NCBI GenBank assembly: GCA_937967535.1
Contig: CALCMV010000157.1
Span: 1-39,164 of the forward strand
Length of the DNA: 39,164 nucleotides
Source: an uncultured Saprospiraceae bacterium
Lineage (GTDB): Bacteria > Bacteroidota > Bacteroidia > Chitinophagales > Saprospiraceae
Reading direction: 5' to 3'
Made by a program: the position numbers and the translations under genes. The notes under the pieces are model-generated. The model was not told the origin of the DNA and did no database searches. It worked only from the letters and a program-made list of their open reading frames with translations. Shown here piece after piece: positions 8,521 through 16,359 of the stretch (position 1 is its first letter; every line of letters starts with the position of its first letter).

Positions 8521-10140
8521 CTACCGCTTATCCACCTCAATCACAAACGCTGCCACATTCCTATCCGACTGTGCTTTAAAAATAACATTCCCTTCGGCGG
8601 TTGTAAAATCTGCGTCGCTTACGAGGTCATTACCGATGGCGCGAGTGATTTTTTCAATATAAGAATTGCCTGAAGTTTGATTGATAAGTTGATTGACTTT
8701 TTCGTAATCTACCGGTTGTTTCGTCACGACGACGGCGAAGTAATCGCGGTTGCCGATATTATCCGGTACAAGATTTTTATCGCGTGGGAATACGCGCGTA
8801 CCGGTGATACCGCAGTAAGGTGAGTGCTTCTTCGTGTAGGGGAACAGCACGTAGCTCGACCCGTCCGTTTCCTGCCCGAAAAGGTAGGTATAACACTCAA
8901 TCGTATTCGCAAATTCTATCTTAAACTTATCGCCCGGACGCACAGGACGCACCGTACCAAAGAGGTTCGGACCTCTACGCTCCAGCGTAATATTTCGCCC
9001 GGATGCTTGGTCAACGATACCAAATCCCGCAGCAAAAACATTCGAGTTTTTCTCGTCGGCATCGCCCATTGGGTGCAAGCCATAAGCCTCTTTGTTAAAG
9101 TATTCAAAGTCCTTATACTTTACCCAACCGATACCATTTTTGCCCCATTCCGGTCCCCAACTATTCATAATCTGAAACGCACCGCCGTCTTTATAATCGT
9201 CATAACCAATCACACACATGGCGTGTCCGCCAAAGCCGCGCATATTGTAGTCGCTTTGGCTTGGGTTCCACACTTCGCGTCCGCGCATACCCGACATAAA
9301 CGAACCGCCCACCTGCATACCGATAACCACAGGCGTACCTGCCGCAAGATGCTGCTTAACTGCCAGCAAGTCAGTCTTATACCTATTATGGTCTACACTC
9401 AGGCGATTATTTCCTTTGATACGAAATTTATACGCTTCCTGCTGCTCATTGCGATTTGGTTTTTTGCTACAAGTACGTACATCATAAGGAAAATACTCCA
9501 TCGGCAAAGTACCGCGCGATTCCATGACCTTCATGGCTTCGTGGATATACGTTCCCTGACAGTTGGGCAAGGCTATCTGATTAAACAAATACGAGGGGCT
9601 GAAGGCAATCCTGTTCGGGTCGGCACCATAGGCTTTGGCGTACTGAATCGTCTGTGCGGCATAGGCACTCGACCAGCCCACACATGAGCCTTGTCTGCCT
9701 TGATTTTGTATGCGCGGTGCATATTGCTCCAATGATACACGCTCCGGCAATGGATTCTTTTTATTGTCGGCAAGCGCGGCATAGACCATCGCTTTGTCGT
9801 ACTCTTTCTCATCCAAAATACCGCCCATACTAAAAGGCGAAACAATCGTACCGCCGCCGTCATCTACATAATTATTTGGATTGTTGGTATTGTCGGTAAA
9901 ACCGCCGCCACCGCCCCCGCCGCCAAAAAAGCCGCCGAAGTAGAGGAATGCACCAATACCAAGCACTATCATCAGCATTTTAGGATTTCGCATCAATCCC
10001 ATAAGCAGGATAGGTAAAAATCCACCAATATTGCTGCCTCCACCGCCCGGATTGCGTGGCTGGCGCGGGTCGCGTGGGGGTTGATTTCTGTCATTATTTT
10101 GGTCCCGATAACGGGGGTCATCTTCCATTCTGATGGGCAT
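8521..10140 (-). CDS. Membrane-anchored papain-like (C1 family) cysteine peptidase with a C-terminal beta-rich domain (DUF4384-like)
   Basis: 539 aa. Catalytic motifs are QGRQGSCVGWSSAYA (Cys), GGHAMCVIGYDD (His) and IMNSWGPEWGKNGIGW. The N terminus is a Pro/Arg/Asp-rich tail, followed by a Gly-rich hydrophobic anchor and a poly-Gly stretch. The last ~170 aa form a separate domain (YLFGQETDGSSYVLFPY). Confidence 0.85.
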   Translation of the reverse strand: MPIRMEDDPRYRDQNNDRNQPPRDPRQPRNPGGGGSNIGGFLPILLMGLMRNPKMLMIVLGIGAFLYFGGFFGGGGGGGGFTDNTNNPNNYVDDGGGTIVSPFSMGGILDEKEYDKAMVYAALADNKKNPLPERVSLEQYAPRIQNQGRQGSCVGWSSAYAAQTIQYAKAYGADPNRIAFSPSYLFNQIALPNCQGTYIHEAMKVMESRGTLPMEYFPYDVRTCSKKPNRNEQQEAYKFRIKGNNRLSVDHNRYKTDLLAVKQHLAAGTPVVIGMQVGGSFMSGMRGREVWNPSQSDYNMRGFGGHAMCVIGYDDYKDGGAFQIMNSWGPEWGKNGIGWVKYKDFEYFNKEAYGLHPMGDADEKNSNVFAAGFGIVDQASGRNITLERRGPNLFGTVRPVRPGDKFKIEFANTIECYTYLFGQETDGSSYVLFPYTKKHSPYCGITGTRVFPRDKNLVPDNIGNRDYFAVVVTKQPVDYEKVNQLINQTSGNSYIEKITRAIGNDLVSDADFTTAEGNVIFKAQSDRNVAAFVIEVDKR

Positions 10141-10147
10141 GGTAGAA

Positions 10148-10180
10148 AGTTTAAGTTTAAGTTAAAGATTAAGTTTAAAA
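10148..10180. repeat. Tandem word array TTTAAG/TTAAAG immediately upstream of the peptidase start codon
   Basis: AGTTTAAGTTTAAGTTAAAGATTAAGTTTAAAA begins 8 nt from the minus-strand ATG (10138-10140). The complement AAACTTAAACTT recurs at 18761-18772 and 23127-23158. Confidence 0.7.
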
Positions 10181-10187
10181 TTAATGC

Positions 10188-10234
10188 AAAATGTAAAATA
10201 ATAAATTTAAAATGGAAAAGTGCTTATAGTACAC
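10188..10234 (+). repeat. Intergenic module, family B, copy 1
   Basis: AAAATGTAAAATAATAAATTTAAAAT (10188-10213) matches 20167-20192 at 24/26. It is followed by a related ...TAGTAC block. A related inverted piece lies at 10311-10339. Confidence 0.7.
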
Positions 10235-10392
10235 ACACAAATAATTTTATTTTTTTATTATTTAAATATTTTAAAATGAATAAAATATAAATTCGTCTTA
10301 CGTTCATTCACGTCCTACAACATTTACATTTTACATTTCATTAGTCTTTATACTTATTTTATGTGAAACAAATAGATTCGATTTATAAATTG

Positions 10393-10561
10393 AAATTTAA
10401 TGAGAAAATTTTAAAATCGTAATATAAGCCACGAATGCACGAATGATCTCAAAAGAATTATCAATAAATTCGTAAAAAAATTAGTGTATTCGTGGCAAAA
10501 ACAAGTATTATATTATCAAAAATAATTTTTCTCATGTAGAGTAATTTTTCTCATTAAATTT
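10393..10561. repeat. Nested inverted repeats in AT-rich spacer
   Basis: The outer 16-bp perfect pair is AAATTTAATGAGAAAA (10393-10408) / TTTTCTCATTAAATTT (10546-10561). The right arm is partly duplicated at 10524-10535. The inner 9-bp pair is GCCACGAAT (10428-10436) / ATTCGTGGC (10488-10496). Confidence 0.65.
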
Positions 10562-10799
10562 AAATATAAACTTCATTCGTTATGACGAAAAATATATAAG
10601 TTGATACTTTAAATTAAGGGTTAAATTTAAAGTATTTTTATGGGATTGCAAAAAACAATTTTATGCCTTGCGAACATAAGCATAAATAGATTTTTTTGCG
10701 TACCTTACGCTCCCTTTTTAATTTTGAATAGGTAAATACTGAATTTTGTTTAACGTAACACTTTAAAGATGAATATTTTACAAAATTCACTGGCTATCA

Positions 10800-10936
10800 G
10801 TTCATAGTTGCCAGTTCATAGTTCATAGTTTTTTACAATTCATTGAATAACATCCCGATAGCTATACGGGATTGTAAATTACTGATTATCAAAGTTGAGC
10901 AAACTTAAACGGGTAGCCAATTCACTCATTCACTCA
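10800..10936 (+). repeat. Composite intergenic module, family A, copy 1
   Basis: It contains ordered blocks: a GTTCATAG word array, TTTTTTACAAT, CATCCCGATA, ATTATCA and ATTCACTCATT. All recur in the same order on the opposite strand at 35183-35281. Confidence 0.75.
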
Positions 10937-10964
10937 TTCACACATTCACACATTCACACATTCA
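10921..10964 (+). repeat. 8-bp tandem repeat, 5.5 units (TTCACTCA x2, TTCACACA x3, TTCA)
   Basis: Read directly from the sequence. It ends 9 nt before the ATG at 10973. Confidence 0.9.
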
Positions 10965-10972
10965 AAATTATC

Positions 10973-11263
10973 ATGCGACAAAACAATGATGAAACATTAA
11001 AGGATGCCCTCCAACGCTTGTCGAATGACAGGCAATTTAAAACCAAATTGCGCCAAGCCAAAATTAATAGTCTTTGGCCCGAGTTGATGGGACAAAGCAT
11101 TGCCAATTATACAAAAGATATTGTGGTGCGTAAAGAAATTTTGTACCTCAGCATTACGTCTTCGTCATTGAAGCAGGAATTAACCTATGGAAAAGATAAA
11201 ATTTTAGCACTGATTAATGAAGAATTGGGAGAGGAGTATTTGAAGGATGTTATTATACGGTAG
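10973..11263 (+). CDS. DUF721-family small protein (DciA-like domain)
   Basis: I prefer the ATG at 10973 (MRQNNDE...). The upstream TTG-extended part of the track ORF runs through the 8-bp tandem repeat. The body (INSLWPELMGQSIANYT...LYLSITSSSLKQELTYGKDKILALINEELG) matches my recall of DUF721 proteins. Confidence 0.72.
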   Translation: MRQNNDETLKDALQRLSNDRQFKTKLRQAKINSLWPELMGQSIANYTKDIVVRKEILYLSITSSSLKQELTYGKDKILALINEELGEEYLKDVIIR

Positions 11264-11325
11264 AAAACTCTAAATTCCGGTGAAATATCGTGAAAAATAA
11301 GTGTTGCTACTTCGGTGTAAGAAAG

Positions 11326-11375
11326 AAAAAAGCCGTCAGACGAATCCACTCGTCTGACGGCTTTATTTTTGTTTT
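11326..11375. terminator. Bidirectional rho-independent terminator between convergent genes
   Basis: 12-bp perfect stem AGCCGTCAGACG (11331-11342) / CGTCTGACGGCT (11351-11362) with an 8-nt loop. It is flanked by an A-run on the left and a T-run on the right. It lies between the DUF721 gene (+) and the acyl-CoA dehydrogenase gene (-). Confidence 0.8.
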
Positions 11376-11405
11376 CGATTGTTTATTGGTCTGACCGCTG
11401 ATTTC

Positions 11406-13196
11406 CTAAAAACAATACTCATCCGCATCAATCAAGACTTGTGCGATACGACGACGTGCCGCTTTTGCATTGATACCTTCATACTTCGTAAAGCGACGCA
11501 AACCTTTGATAAGCAGCATCTTCTCATCGCCTTCTGCCCATGAACGGATGCAATTTCGGGCATTGAGCGCAATGCGTTCATTGGCATCACCTACAAATAC
11601 TTTTGCGATGTCAATTTGTGCTGCACAAGCCTCCTGACCACGCAAGCTAATAAGTTTTTCGACGCGCAAAATCACCGATTCTGCTACATAAATATCCATC
11701 ATCATATCCGAGAGATACATCAGGATTTCTTGCTCATCTTTGAGGGCTTGCATGAGTTTTTGTACCGTAGCTCCGGCGGTCATCAGGAAGGCTTTTTTCA
11801 AATCCTTCACCGCATGTTTTTCGTCTGTAAATACCGAGCCATTCGCGCCATGACCATTCGCCGAAGGCGGCGACATCAACTCTTGTTGCACTGCCATTGC
11901 GGGTGTCATAATATCAAGCGTACCCTTCATTGCACGTTTCATCAGCATATCAATAGAGAGCATACGATTGATTTCATTCGTCCCTTCAAAAATGCGATTG
12001 ATACGCGCATCGCGGTAGGCACGCGCCATCGGTGCTTCTTCCGAATAGCCCATACCGCCATAAATCTGCAAGCCTTCATCTACCACATAATCAAGCACTT
12101 CCGAACCCGCTACTTTGAGCAAAGCACATTCTACGGCGTATTCTTCTGCCGCACCGAGTAGGGCTTCACCATGAGATTTGCCTTCGGAGAGGAGTTGGTC
12201 TTCCTTTTCCTGAATATTGTCGCTGGCACGATACACCGCCGCTTCTACCGAATATATGCGAATTGCCTGCTCTGCGAGTTTGTGTTTTATTGCGCCAAAA
12301 TTGCTGATAGACTGCTTAAATTGCTGACGTTCATTCGCATATTTTATGGAAAAACCTGCTGCCATTTTAGCACCGCCAAGCGCACCTGCACCGAGTTTGA
12401 TGCGTCCGATATTGAGGATATTAAATGCAATGCGATGCCCTTTTCCAATCTGTCCCAATACATTTTCCACAGGTACTTTTACATTTTCAAAAAATATCTG
12501 ACAAGTCGAAGACCCTTTAATACCAAGTTTGCGCTCCTCTGCACCTCGCGATACGCCGTCCAATGCTGCTTCTACGATAAATCCGGTGAATTTGTCGCCG
12601 TCAATCTGTGCGAATACCACAAAAACATCAGCGATACCGCCATTGGTAATCCACATTTTCTGACCATTGATAATGTAATGTTTACCATCATCAGAAAGAA
12701 TCGCTTTCGTCTTTGCCGCAAGTGCATCCGAACCCGAACCCGGTTCAGTAAGGCAGTATGCCGCCTTCTTCACACCCGAAATGAGTTTGGGTAAATACTT
12801 CGCCTTCTGTTCTTCATTACCAAAATACAAAATCGGCAACATTCCGATACCCGTATGTGCGCCATGCGTCAGTGCGAATGACAAACCGTAAGACATCGTT
12901 TCGGTCAGCAACATATTCGTCAGAAAATCCTGTGCCGAACCGCCATATTCTTCGGGAAATGCTGTTCCCAACAAACCCAATTCACCCGCTTCTTCGAGCA
13001 GTTTTTTGAGCAAGTCAAGGTTGTGCTTTTCCAACTCTGCATCTACAGGGCGGACTTTTTGTTCGATAAAATCCTTCGCCATATCTGCAACCATACGTTG
13101 CTCCTCATTAAACTCTTCGGGAATAAATACGCTTTCTGCGAGTGTTTCAGCGACGAGAAATTCTGCGCCGCCGAGTATTTTCTGTTGTAATTCCAT
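11406..13196 (-). CDS. Long (596 aa) acyl-CoA dehydrogenase family protein
   Basis: ACAD motifs are YCLTEPGSGSDA, WITNGG and QIYGGMGYSEE, plus a ~180-aa C-terminal extension as in the long FadE-type enzymes. Confidence 0.92.
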   Translation of the reverse strand: MELQQKILGGAEFLVAETLAESVFIPEEFNEEQRMVADMAKDFIEQKVRPVDAELEKHNLDLLKKLLEEAGELGLLGTAFPEEYGGSAQDFLTNMLLTETMSYGLSFALTHGAHTGIGMLPILYFGNEEQKAKYLPKLISGVKKAAYCLTEPGSGSDALAAKTKAILSDDGKHYIINGQKMWITNGGIADVFVVFAQIDGDKFTGFIVEAALDGVSRGAEERKLGIKGSSTCQIFFENVKVPVENVLGQIGKGHRIAFNILNIGRIKLGAGALGGAKMAAGFSIKYANERQQFKQSISNFGAIKHKLAEQAIRIYSVEAAVYRASDNIQEKEDQLLSEGKSHGEALLGAAEEYAVECALLKVAGSEVLDYVVDEGLQIYGGMGYSEEAPMARAYRDARINRIFEGTNEINRMLSIDMLMKRAMKGTLDIMTPAMAVQQELMSPPSANGHGANGSVFTDEKHAVKDLKKAFLMTAGATVQKLMQALKDEQEILMYLSDMMMDIYVAESVILRVEKLISLRGQEACAAQIDIAKVFVGDANERIALNARNCIRSWAEGDEKMLLIKGLRRFTKYEGINAKAARRRIAQVLIDADEYCF

Positions 13197-13302
13197 TTTA
13201 GATTAGTTCGTAAAACAGACATTCTTGCCTGTGCTTTTTAGTAAATTACAGACAGGGGATGTCTGTGTTACGTTTCAAATGCGAAATTAGGAAAGTTTAT
13301 AC

Positions 13303-13354
13303 AAAAAAGCAATGCACGCATTGTAAAATATAATGCGTGCATTGTATTTTTTTT
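13303..13354. terminator. Strong hairpin with flanking A- and T-runs (bidirectional terminator candidate)
   Basis: 13-bp perfect stem CAATGCACGCATT (13310-13322) / AATGCGTGCATTG (13332-13344) with a 9-nt loop. A6 lies upstream and T8 downstream. Confidence 0.7.
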
Positions 13355-13389
13355 AAATGGTTATTGATAATGAATAACTTGTGTAAATG

Positions 13390-13415
13390 AAAAAACCTTC
13401 TCCAAATGGAGAAGG
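13390..13415 (-). terminator. Rho-independent terminator of the T9SS metalloprotease gene
   Basis: 8-bp stem CCTTCTCC (13396-13403) / GGAGAAGG (13408-13415) with a 4-nt loop. On the minus strand it is followed by T6 (13390-13395). It lies 24 nt after the stop at 13439. Confidence 0.75.
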
Positions 13416-13438
13416 CGCATGTTTTGATATTGTTTGTT

Positions 13439-15922
13439 TTACTTGACTTTAACTACTTTTGTAGCAGTTTTAACTCCATTAATCACATATTCATACAGAT
13501 ATATACCATGAGGCAAATCCGAAATGTCATGAGTAATGTAGTGTGTGCCGGAATCAATTATGTTATCATCAATTAATGTGCGTATTTGTTGACCTTTTAT
13601 GGTATAGATGAAAGCAGATACCCTTGATTCGTTCAACAATTCTATATGAAGTGTGAGATAGTTATTGGCAGGATTGGGAGATATGTTCACCTCCTGTTCG
13701 TTGACAATGCCAGGTTCGTATTGTTTTTCTACGACCTTAAAAATACAGGAACTCGAAGCTGCTATTTCGATGTCGGGATTGGTGGCTTCGTGGGTAATCA
13801 TAAATTCCACGCCTGTATCTCTATCACTTCTCGGTGCCAGCAAATCACAAGCCTGAATACTGATGACTTCCCTCTGATTGGCATCCAATGGTATATTCAT
13901 CATGCTTGCGTGTTGTGGGTCTGTTACTCTTACGGTTCTTTCATCCACGACCTCTACACCTTCACTTGATTGTCCGGTGGATGACCAGCGATTCCATATT
14001 TCTTCATTAGTTGTCACCTCAATGCCAACAATTTCATTCATACCAATATCAGAAATACCGTCAAGATTGATATTTATACTGGTAGCAAAAGGGTTATTAT
14101 TATCCACTAAAATACTTACACTGCTACCACATGGTTCTGGGTCAGCTAATCCGGGAACTTCAACGATAAAGGTATTTCTGGTCACGATATTATTGTTGTT
14201 GTATATGCCGTATCCAATGTCTGTTCCGATTTTTTCAGTAAAAATCGGGTCTTTATCAGAGTGGATTCTTGCTAATAAACAAACCATAAATTTCCCTTGA
14301 TTCTCATTCATTTCAATACCGCAGGACAATAGATTATCAATGAGCGGAGGTGTCCAGTTGTGTTCAAGAATTATCTCGGCATTGGGCGCTAATGCACCGA
14401 TAGGAATAGGCGAAGATGTAATGATATCACCCACTAAGCAACCGCCTTCATTGGAGTTTATCCAATCGGAATCCCATATTTCTCCGGTGCTGCCTATTGT
14501 CCAGTAAAAGTCTAAATAACCATTTTCGGCATCACAATCGTCAGAGAGGTTGCGTATGCGGGCTTTGACGGTATTCGATTCTCCTTCTGAAGGCATCTCG
14601 TGATTGGTGCCACAATCGAATGATATATGGTCGCAGTTCCATAAATCAGGACTTAGGTAGATATCTTTGAAGGTACAGCTTGGTTCGTTATCTATAATGG
14701 CGTAGTTAGGTTCATCGCCTACATCTTCTAAGTCATCCCGCATCGCATAATCTCCTGTTTGGTTGGGGACAAAAACTGGATTGCAGGTACTTGTGCTACT
14801 GAATTGGAAAGCTTCTAATGCGCCTGCTAAGTCATCCTCTATGATTTCTGTATGATAGACTCCTTCAGATATTCCCACGACACCTGGTCGCATCAAATCA
14901 AACCTTGTCTCTCCGATTCCTTTTTCGGTATGTTCTAGCCCCGCAGCATGACCGAATTCATGTAGTATGATTGAGTAAATCTCATCACTAGAGTTTTCGT
15001 CAGTTATTGTGGATAATATACCAATATTAACTTCATTATACTCGTGATAAATGCCACAATCTACGCCTCTACTTACTGCATAGGCTGTTTGTGAATCAAT
15101 ATAAGTTATTGAAGATACTCCATTTCCCCGAACCTCCTCTAACCCATCTACTACGTCCGCAATACGCCAATCAATACCAGTTGCACATCTCCAGTCTTTT
15201 ATTGCCTGATTAATATGTCCCATTAACTCGCAGTTTTGAAAAACCTCCGTGCTAACATATAAATTTCTATAACCCGTATTTTCTGCTACGATTTTTACTC
15301 TTTTTTTATTGTTAACAATCCCTGTATCATTATTACAGTCTACTGTCATAGCAACTGAATATGGTATATTGAGATAGTTGGCATCAGTTATCTCAGAAGA
15401 CATATTCAGCGAGTTATTCACTTGGAATTTACCACTATGTGGTCTCTCTTCACTATAAAAAATCTCGAAGGGTTCTTCACCTAGGTCTACATGAAAATCA
15501 CACACCTGACTTGGTAGAACAACATCAATATAATTTTCTGTCCATATAGCATTATTTAAATCATAATTATCTAATTCGATATAGTCATTATTAATATCGG
15601 TTCCAGCGAACATATCCCGTATAAATTCAATTCTAATGCCACCTGTCGGGGGACTGTCTCCAAAAAATCTCCCTTCAATGATAAAATGGGCATCAACGCC
15701 CGCAGGCACAAATGCAGTATAATTGTCAATAAGTACTTGGCACACCGGAAACTGCATAGAACTATCAGAGAAGTCTAGATTATCATATTGCTGAAAGTTG
15801 GTATTACTCGCATCATCTGCATTGGGCGTATAAAATGCTCTGTTTTCCCATAATGACGAATTCGGATGATCTTCAAATAAAATATCAGAAGTGGTAGCTG
15901 CACCGCAATCAGGAATCTTCAT
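13439..15922 (-). CDS. T9SS-secreted metzincin-type zinc metalloprotease, downstream segment of a frameshift-split gene (frame open up to 16399)
   Basis: 827-aa track ORF. The metzincin motif HEFGHAAGLEH (HExxHxxGxxH) is encoded at 14930-14962. The last ~80 aa (ISPNPANNYLTLHIE...INGVKTATKVVKVK) look like a type A T9SS sorting domain. There is no signal peptide at the track Met. The same frame continues upstream for 159 codons without an ATG. Confidence 0.85.
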   Translation of the reverse strand: MKIPDCGAATTSDILFEDHPNSSLWENRAFYTPNADDASNTNFQQYDNLDFSDSSMQFPVCQVLIDNYTAFVPAGVDAHFIIEGRFFGDSPPTGGIRIEFIRDMFAGTDINNDYIELDNYDLNNAIWTENYIDVVLPSQVCDFHVDLGEEPFEIFYSEERPHSGKFQVNNSLNMSSEITDANYLNIPYSVAMTVDCNNDTGIVNNKKRVKIVAENTGYRNLYVSTEVFQNCELMGHINQAIKDWRCATGIDWRIADVVDGLEEVRGNGVSSITYIDSQTAYAVSRGVDCGIYHEYNEVNIGILSTITDENSSDEIYSIILHEFGHAAGLEHTEKGIGETRFDLMRPGVVGISEGVYHTEIIEDDLAGALEAFQFSSTSTCNPVFVPNQTGDYAMRDDLEDVGDEPNYAIIDNEPSCTFKDIYLSPDLWNCDHISFDCGTNHEMPSEGESNTVKARIRNLSDDCDAENGYLDFYWTIGSTGEIWDSDWINSNEGGCLVGDIITSSPIPIGALAPNAEIILEHNWTPPLIDNLLSCGIEMNENQGKFMVCLLARIHSDKDPIFTEKIGTDIGYGIYNNNNIVTRNTFIVEVPGLADPEPCGSSVSILVDNNNPFATSININLDGISDIGMNEIVGIEVTTNEEIWNRWSSTGQSSEGVEVVDERTVRVTDPQHASMMNIPLDANQREVISIQACDLLAPRSDRDTGVEFMITHEATNPDIEIAASSSCIFKVVEKQYEPGIVNEQEVNISPNPANNYLTLHIELLNESRVSAFIYTIKGQQIRTLIDDNIIDSGTHYITHDISDLPHGIYLYEYVINGVKTATKVVKVK

Positions 15923-16359
15923 TTTGACATGGCAAAGTGAGATAGGTGATGTTCCAACTTGTGTACGTATAGGAAAGGGGGTGGAATCATTAATAGATGT
16001 AACAATTCTGAAATATTTCTTATTGCCAATATCAGGTAAGTCTTCTATAGCAGGTGGATAATATGCAGATTCGGATACTAAGACATCTCCCCGGGTTACT
16101 ATAATGTCACCATTTGATACATTGAAGCCTGAACCGAAAGATGTGGGATTGTAAGTTAGGACAACTACTCCGGCATCGAAGTAGGTAAGTGTATTATTGG
16201 CTTGAAGGCTAACATCAAATTCAAGGAATGTTGTACCATTTGCTTTTGTATACCTCTCATTTTCAAAAATGTATATTAAGTCATTTACACCACTCTTTGA
16301 GGTGTTATTTCCAGAAAGACAGTTTAATCTGTCTTTTATTATCGCATCAAGTTCTTGAT

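Noticed and set aside
8824-9687. 287-codon + strand ORF opposite the peptidase gene; likewise 11616..12161 and 12171..12794 opposite the acyl-CoA dehydrogenase, 18764..19477 opposite E2, and 20837..21409 opposite the OmpA-family gene
   Set aside because: In each case the opposite strand encodes a protein with clear family motifs. The antisense translations are R/H/C-rich or low-complexity, with no motifs.
10141-10972. Possible replication origin (long AT-rich spacer next to a DUF721/DciA-like gene)
   Set aside because: I found no good DnaA boxes. The best matches are three TTATCAA-type 9-mers, each with two mismatches to TTATCCACA. No dnaA or dnaN gene is nearby. Similar AT-rich repeat-filled spacers occur four more times in the window.
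10895-10972. TTG-initiated 26-codon N-terminal extension of the DUF721 ORF in the track
   Set aside because: The extension is just the translation of the 8-bp tandem repeat (SLIHSFTHSHIHTF). An ATG at 10973 gives a protein of typical DUF721 length.
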